From an uncultured archaeon (GTDB lineage Archaea; Asgardarchaeota; Lokiarchaeia; Sigyniarchaeales; SOKP01), in the NCBI GenBank assembly GCA_964583985.1, contig CAZOYD010000028.1, positions 1 to 39,856 of the forward strand: DNA of 39,856 bases, in the 5' to 3' direction. Below are positions 37,802 through 39,856 of the stretch, piece after piece. The notes under the pieces are model-generated. The model did no database searches and was not told the origin of the DNA. It was given only the letters and a program-made list of their open reading frames with translations. The translations under genes and the position numbers were made by a program. Position 1 is the first letter of the stretch; the number at the start of each line of letters is the position of its first letter.

Positions 37802-38080
37802 TTAATGAATTTGATTAACTTCTGCTCTTATCTCTGGAAATTTATTCCCTTTTATAAAAATACGAATACCAAGAATGATTAAAATTAATCCGACCACAGC
37901 TATGGCTACAGTTATAAATCCATATTGATACCACCAATTTGTCCAATATTCTTCTGGACTTAATGGAATATAAAATCCAATTGGTCCTACATAATTAAAT
38001 AAAATTGAGAAGATGGTATTTCCTATTAACAGATACCCTCCAAAGATTATTAAAATGACCCCATTAATTTTTTTATTCAA
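37802..38080 (-). CDS. Small 2-TM membrane protein
   Basis: Two hydrophobic helices; TTG start with GAGTGAG upstream. Confidence 0.65.
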   Translation of the reverse strand: MNKKINGVILIIFGGYLLIGNTIFSILFNYVGPIGFYIPLSPEEYWTNWWYQYGFITVAIAVVGLILIILGIRIFIKGNKFPEIRAEVNQIH

Positions 38081-38358
38081 GACTCACTCTTTTTTTACAT
38101 TTTTATCAATTAATTGAAGTGATTATTTATCAATTTATAAATTTATTCTAAATGGGTAAATCAAAGAAAAAAAGTATAACCCATTTAATTTTCGTGAAAG
38201 CAGAGTTTCACGATCTTGTGATTTACCTTTTCAAAGTCCTCCTTTTTGAAATGCAGACATATAAAAACCCATAATATATCAATAATATAACTTAATTATT
38301 ATCCCAATTAATAATTAACCCGATTATCTAATAACATAATATATTTATATAACCAGCA

Positions 38359-39414
38359 ATGAGCGGCGAATTAATTCATTCAATTATTTATACTGAGTTT
38401 GATGATGAGATAGGTCCTAATCCATTGTTTTATCTTCCAAAAGAATTACCTGAGCACATACGGATGCTTGTTGGAATAAAAACAATAACAATTCTCTCAG
38501 GAGATCATGGATTTATCCCTGAATCGCTCATGATCATTCCTTTCCCCTCATTAAAATTAAAAGGAATCATAAAATATATAGAGAGACGGGATCCAGAGAG
38601 GAGAGGTAATGTCGCTCAATCTGCAATTACTTTTTTATTCAAGGAAATAGATGACATAATTTTTTATCGCTATATCGATTATTTAGACGCTCCATTTAAT
38701 GAGACGGCTCGAATTATCGGTGATCTCATATCTCAAAACGCTCCGCATGATGCGATTATTCAAGAATTAAACCATTTACGAGATAATATCCATTCCATAC
38801 TCATCCAACTTAAAGTTAAAGAAAATATTCAAGTTTCTTCCAAACCATTTCCCGAAATATTAAACAAAGGGGAAAATATCATCGAGTTCAAAATCAAGTT
38901 ATCAATTTGTGGAGATCCAGGTGTTGGAAAAACAAGCACTATTGTAAGATTTACTGATAATGCTTATAGTAGGCGTTATCTTCCCACGATGGGCGTATCA
39001 ATTAGCGACAAATCATTTAGACTTAAGAATAACGTGGTTGAATTAGTTTTATGGGATATTGCAGGGCAAGCTAAATTTCAAACGATGCGCAGGCATTTTT
39101 ACCAAGGAAGTGAAGCAGTCGTCTTGGTTTTTGATCTTACAAATCCCAAAAGCTTCTCAAGCATTAGTGATTGGTATACTGATATCCAAAGGAATATTTC
39201 TAATGAGGTGAAACCTTTAGGTTACCTTTTCGGAAATAAATGTGACATGATAGAGGAGCGGAAAATCAATAAAGAAGATGCCATAAAACTCGCAAGTAAT
39301 TTAAATTTAAATTATATCGAGACTTCGGCACTAACTGGGGAAAACATTGAATATGCATTTTTTCAGATTGCTGAAAAAGTTGTAAATTCCATAAGAGAAC
39401 CAATGTACAATTAA
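38359..39414 (+). CDS. uDENN/longin - Rab-like small GTPase fusion protein
   Basis: IYTEFDDEIGPNP; IIPFP; G1 GDPGVGKT, YLPTMGV, WDIAGQ, FQTMRRHFYQGS, GNKCD, ETSALTG. No C-terminal Cys. Confidence 0.9.
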   Translation: MSGELIHSIIYTEFDDEIGPNPLFYLPKELPEHIRMLVGIKTITILSGDHGFIPESLMIIPFPSLKLKGIIKYIERRDPERRGNVAQSAITFLFKEIDDIIFYRYIDYLDAPFNETARIIGDLISQNAPHDAIIQELNHLRDNIHSILIQLKVKENIQVSSKPFPEILNKGENIIEFKIKLSICGDPGVGKTSTIVRFTDNAYSRRYLPTMGVSISDKSFRLKNNVVELVLWDIAGQAKFQTMRRHFYQGSEAVVLVFDLTNPKSFSSISDWYTDIQRNISNEVKPLGYLFGNKCDMIEERKINKEDAIKLASNLNLNYIETSALTGENIEYAFFQIAEKVVNSIREPMYN

Positions 39415-39482
39415 CTTAACTTTAAATTTACCACACTTTTCTTAATAAATTACATTAAAGATTGAAAAAGGAGAATTAAATA

Positions 39483-39856
39483 ATGGATATCGAGCAAGCA
39501 ATATATGAGAGGAGAACAATCAGGAGATTTAAGCAAATGCCCATTCCTATAGAAATTTTAAAAAAGTTAATAGATTTAGCACGAGTAGCTCCAATGGCAA
39601 AAAATGTTCAAGCCTTGGAATTTGTTATTGTTCAAAATGCCGAACATGTAAAAAAAATATTTTCCTTTATTAGGTTTGCGGGATCTTTACCTGAAAATGA
39701 ACGAAAACCAGAACCTGGAAGAGAACCAACAGCATACATTATTGTAATGATCAATACCGATATAAAACAAGAATACTTCGATTTTGATGTGGGAGCCGCA
39801 GTAGAAAACATGTTGCTTGGTGCGGTTAAATATAATATAGGATGTTGTTGGATGGG
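39483..39856 (+). CDS. Nitroreductase-family protein (3' partial)
   Basis: Read by hand: MDIEQAIYERRTIRRF...ARVAPMAKNVQ...DVGAAVENMLLGAVKYNIGCCWM; GGAG SD upstream; runs off the window end. Confidence 0.9.
   Translation, partial: MDIEQAIYERRTIRRFKQMPIPIEILKKLIDLARVAPMAKNVQALEFVIVQNAEHVKKIFSFIRFAGSLPENERKPEPGREPTAYIIVMINTDIKQEYFDFDVGAAVENMLLGAVKYNIGCCWM

Noticed and set aside
1-39856. CRISPR array, rRNA, transposase or integrase
   Set aside because: No regularly spaced repeats, long GC-rich structural RNA or recombinase/transposase motifs were seen.

Overview
AT-rich (roughly 30% GC by eye), gene-dense archaeal chromosomal segment. The gene content points strongly to an Asgard archaeon of the Lokiarchaeia type: four small GTPases, many longin/roadblock-domain proteins, eL13, an archaeosortase, UPF0147 and an MtrH-like protein. 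It holds about 38 CDSs and one tRNA-Pro(CGG). Housekeeping genes (thrC, hom, ppsA, macrodomain, Trm9-like methyltransferase, MFS transporter) are mixed with eukaryotic-signature genes. I saw no CRISPR array, rRNA, transposase or integrase. The main observation is a family of three uDENN/longin-GTPase fusions. Two carry a DxxxRG motif at the position of the catalytic arginine finger of eukaryotic FLCN/SMCR8/NPRL2 GAPs, and one paralogue with the same architecture lacks it. Together with a Rag-like GTPase, a roadblock protein and a receptor-like longin membrane protein, this suggests a fused proto-GATOR1/FLCN-Rag signalling module. Other oddities are an intact but apparently catalytically dead class III ribonucleotide reductase paralogue, a tRNA-Pro with A37, and an eL13-HhH fusion. 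All calls come from motif recognition without database searches.
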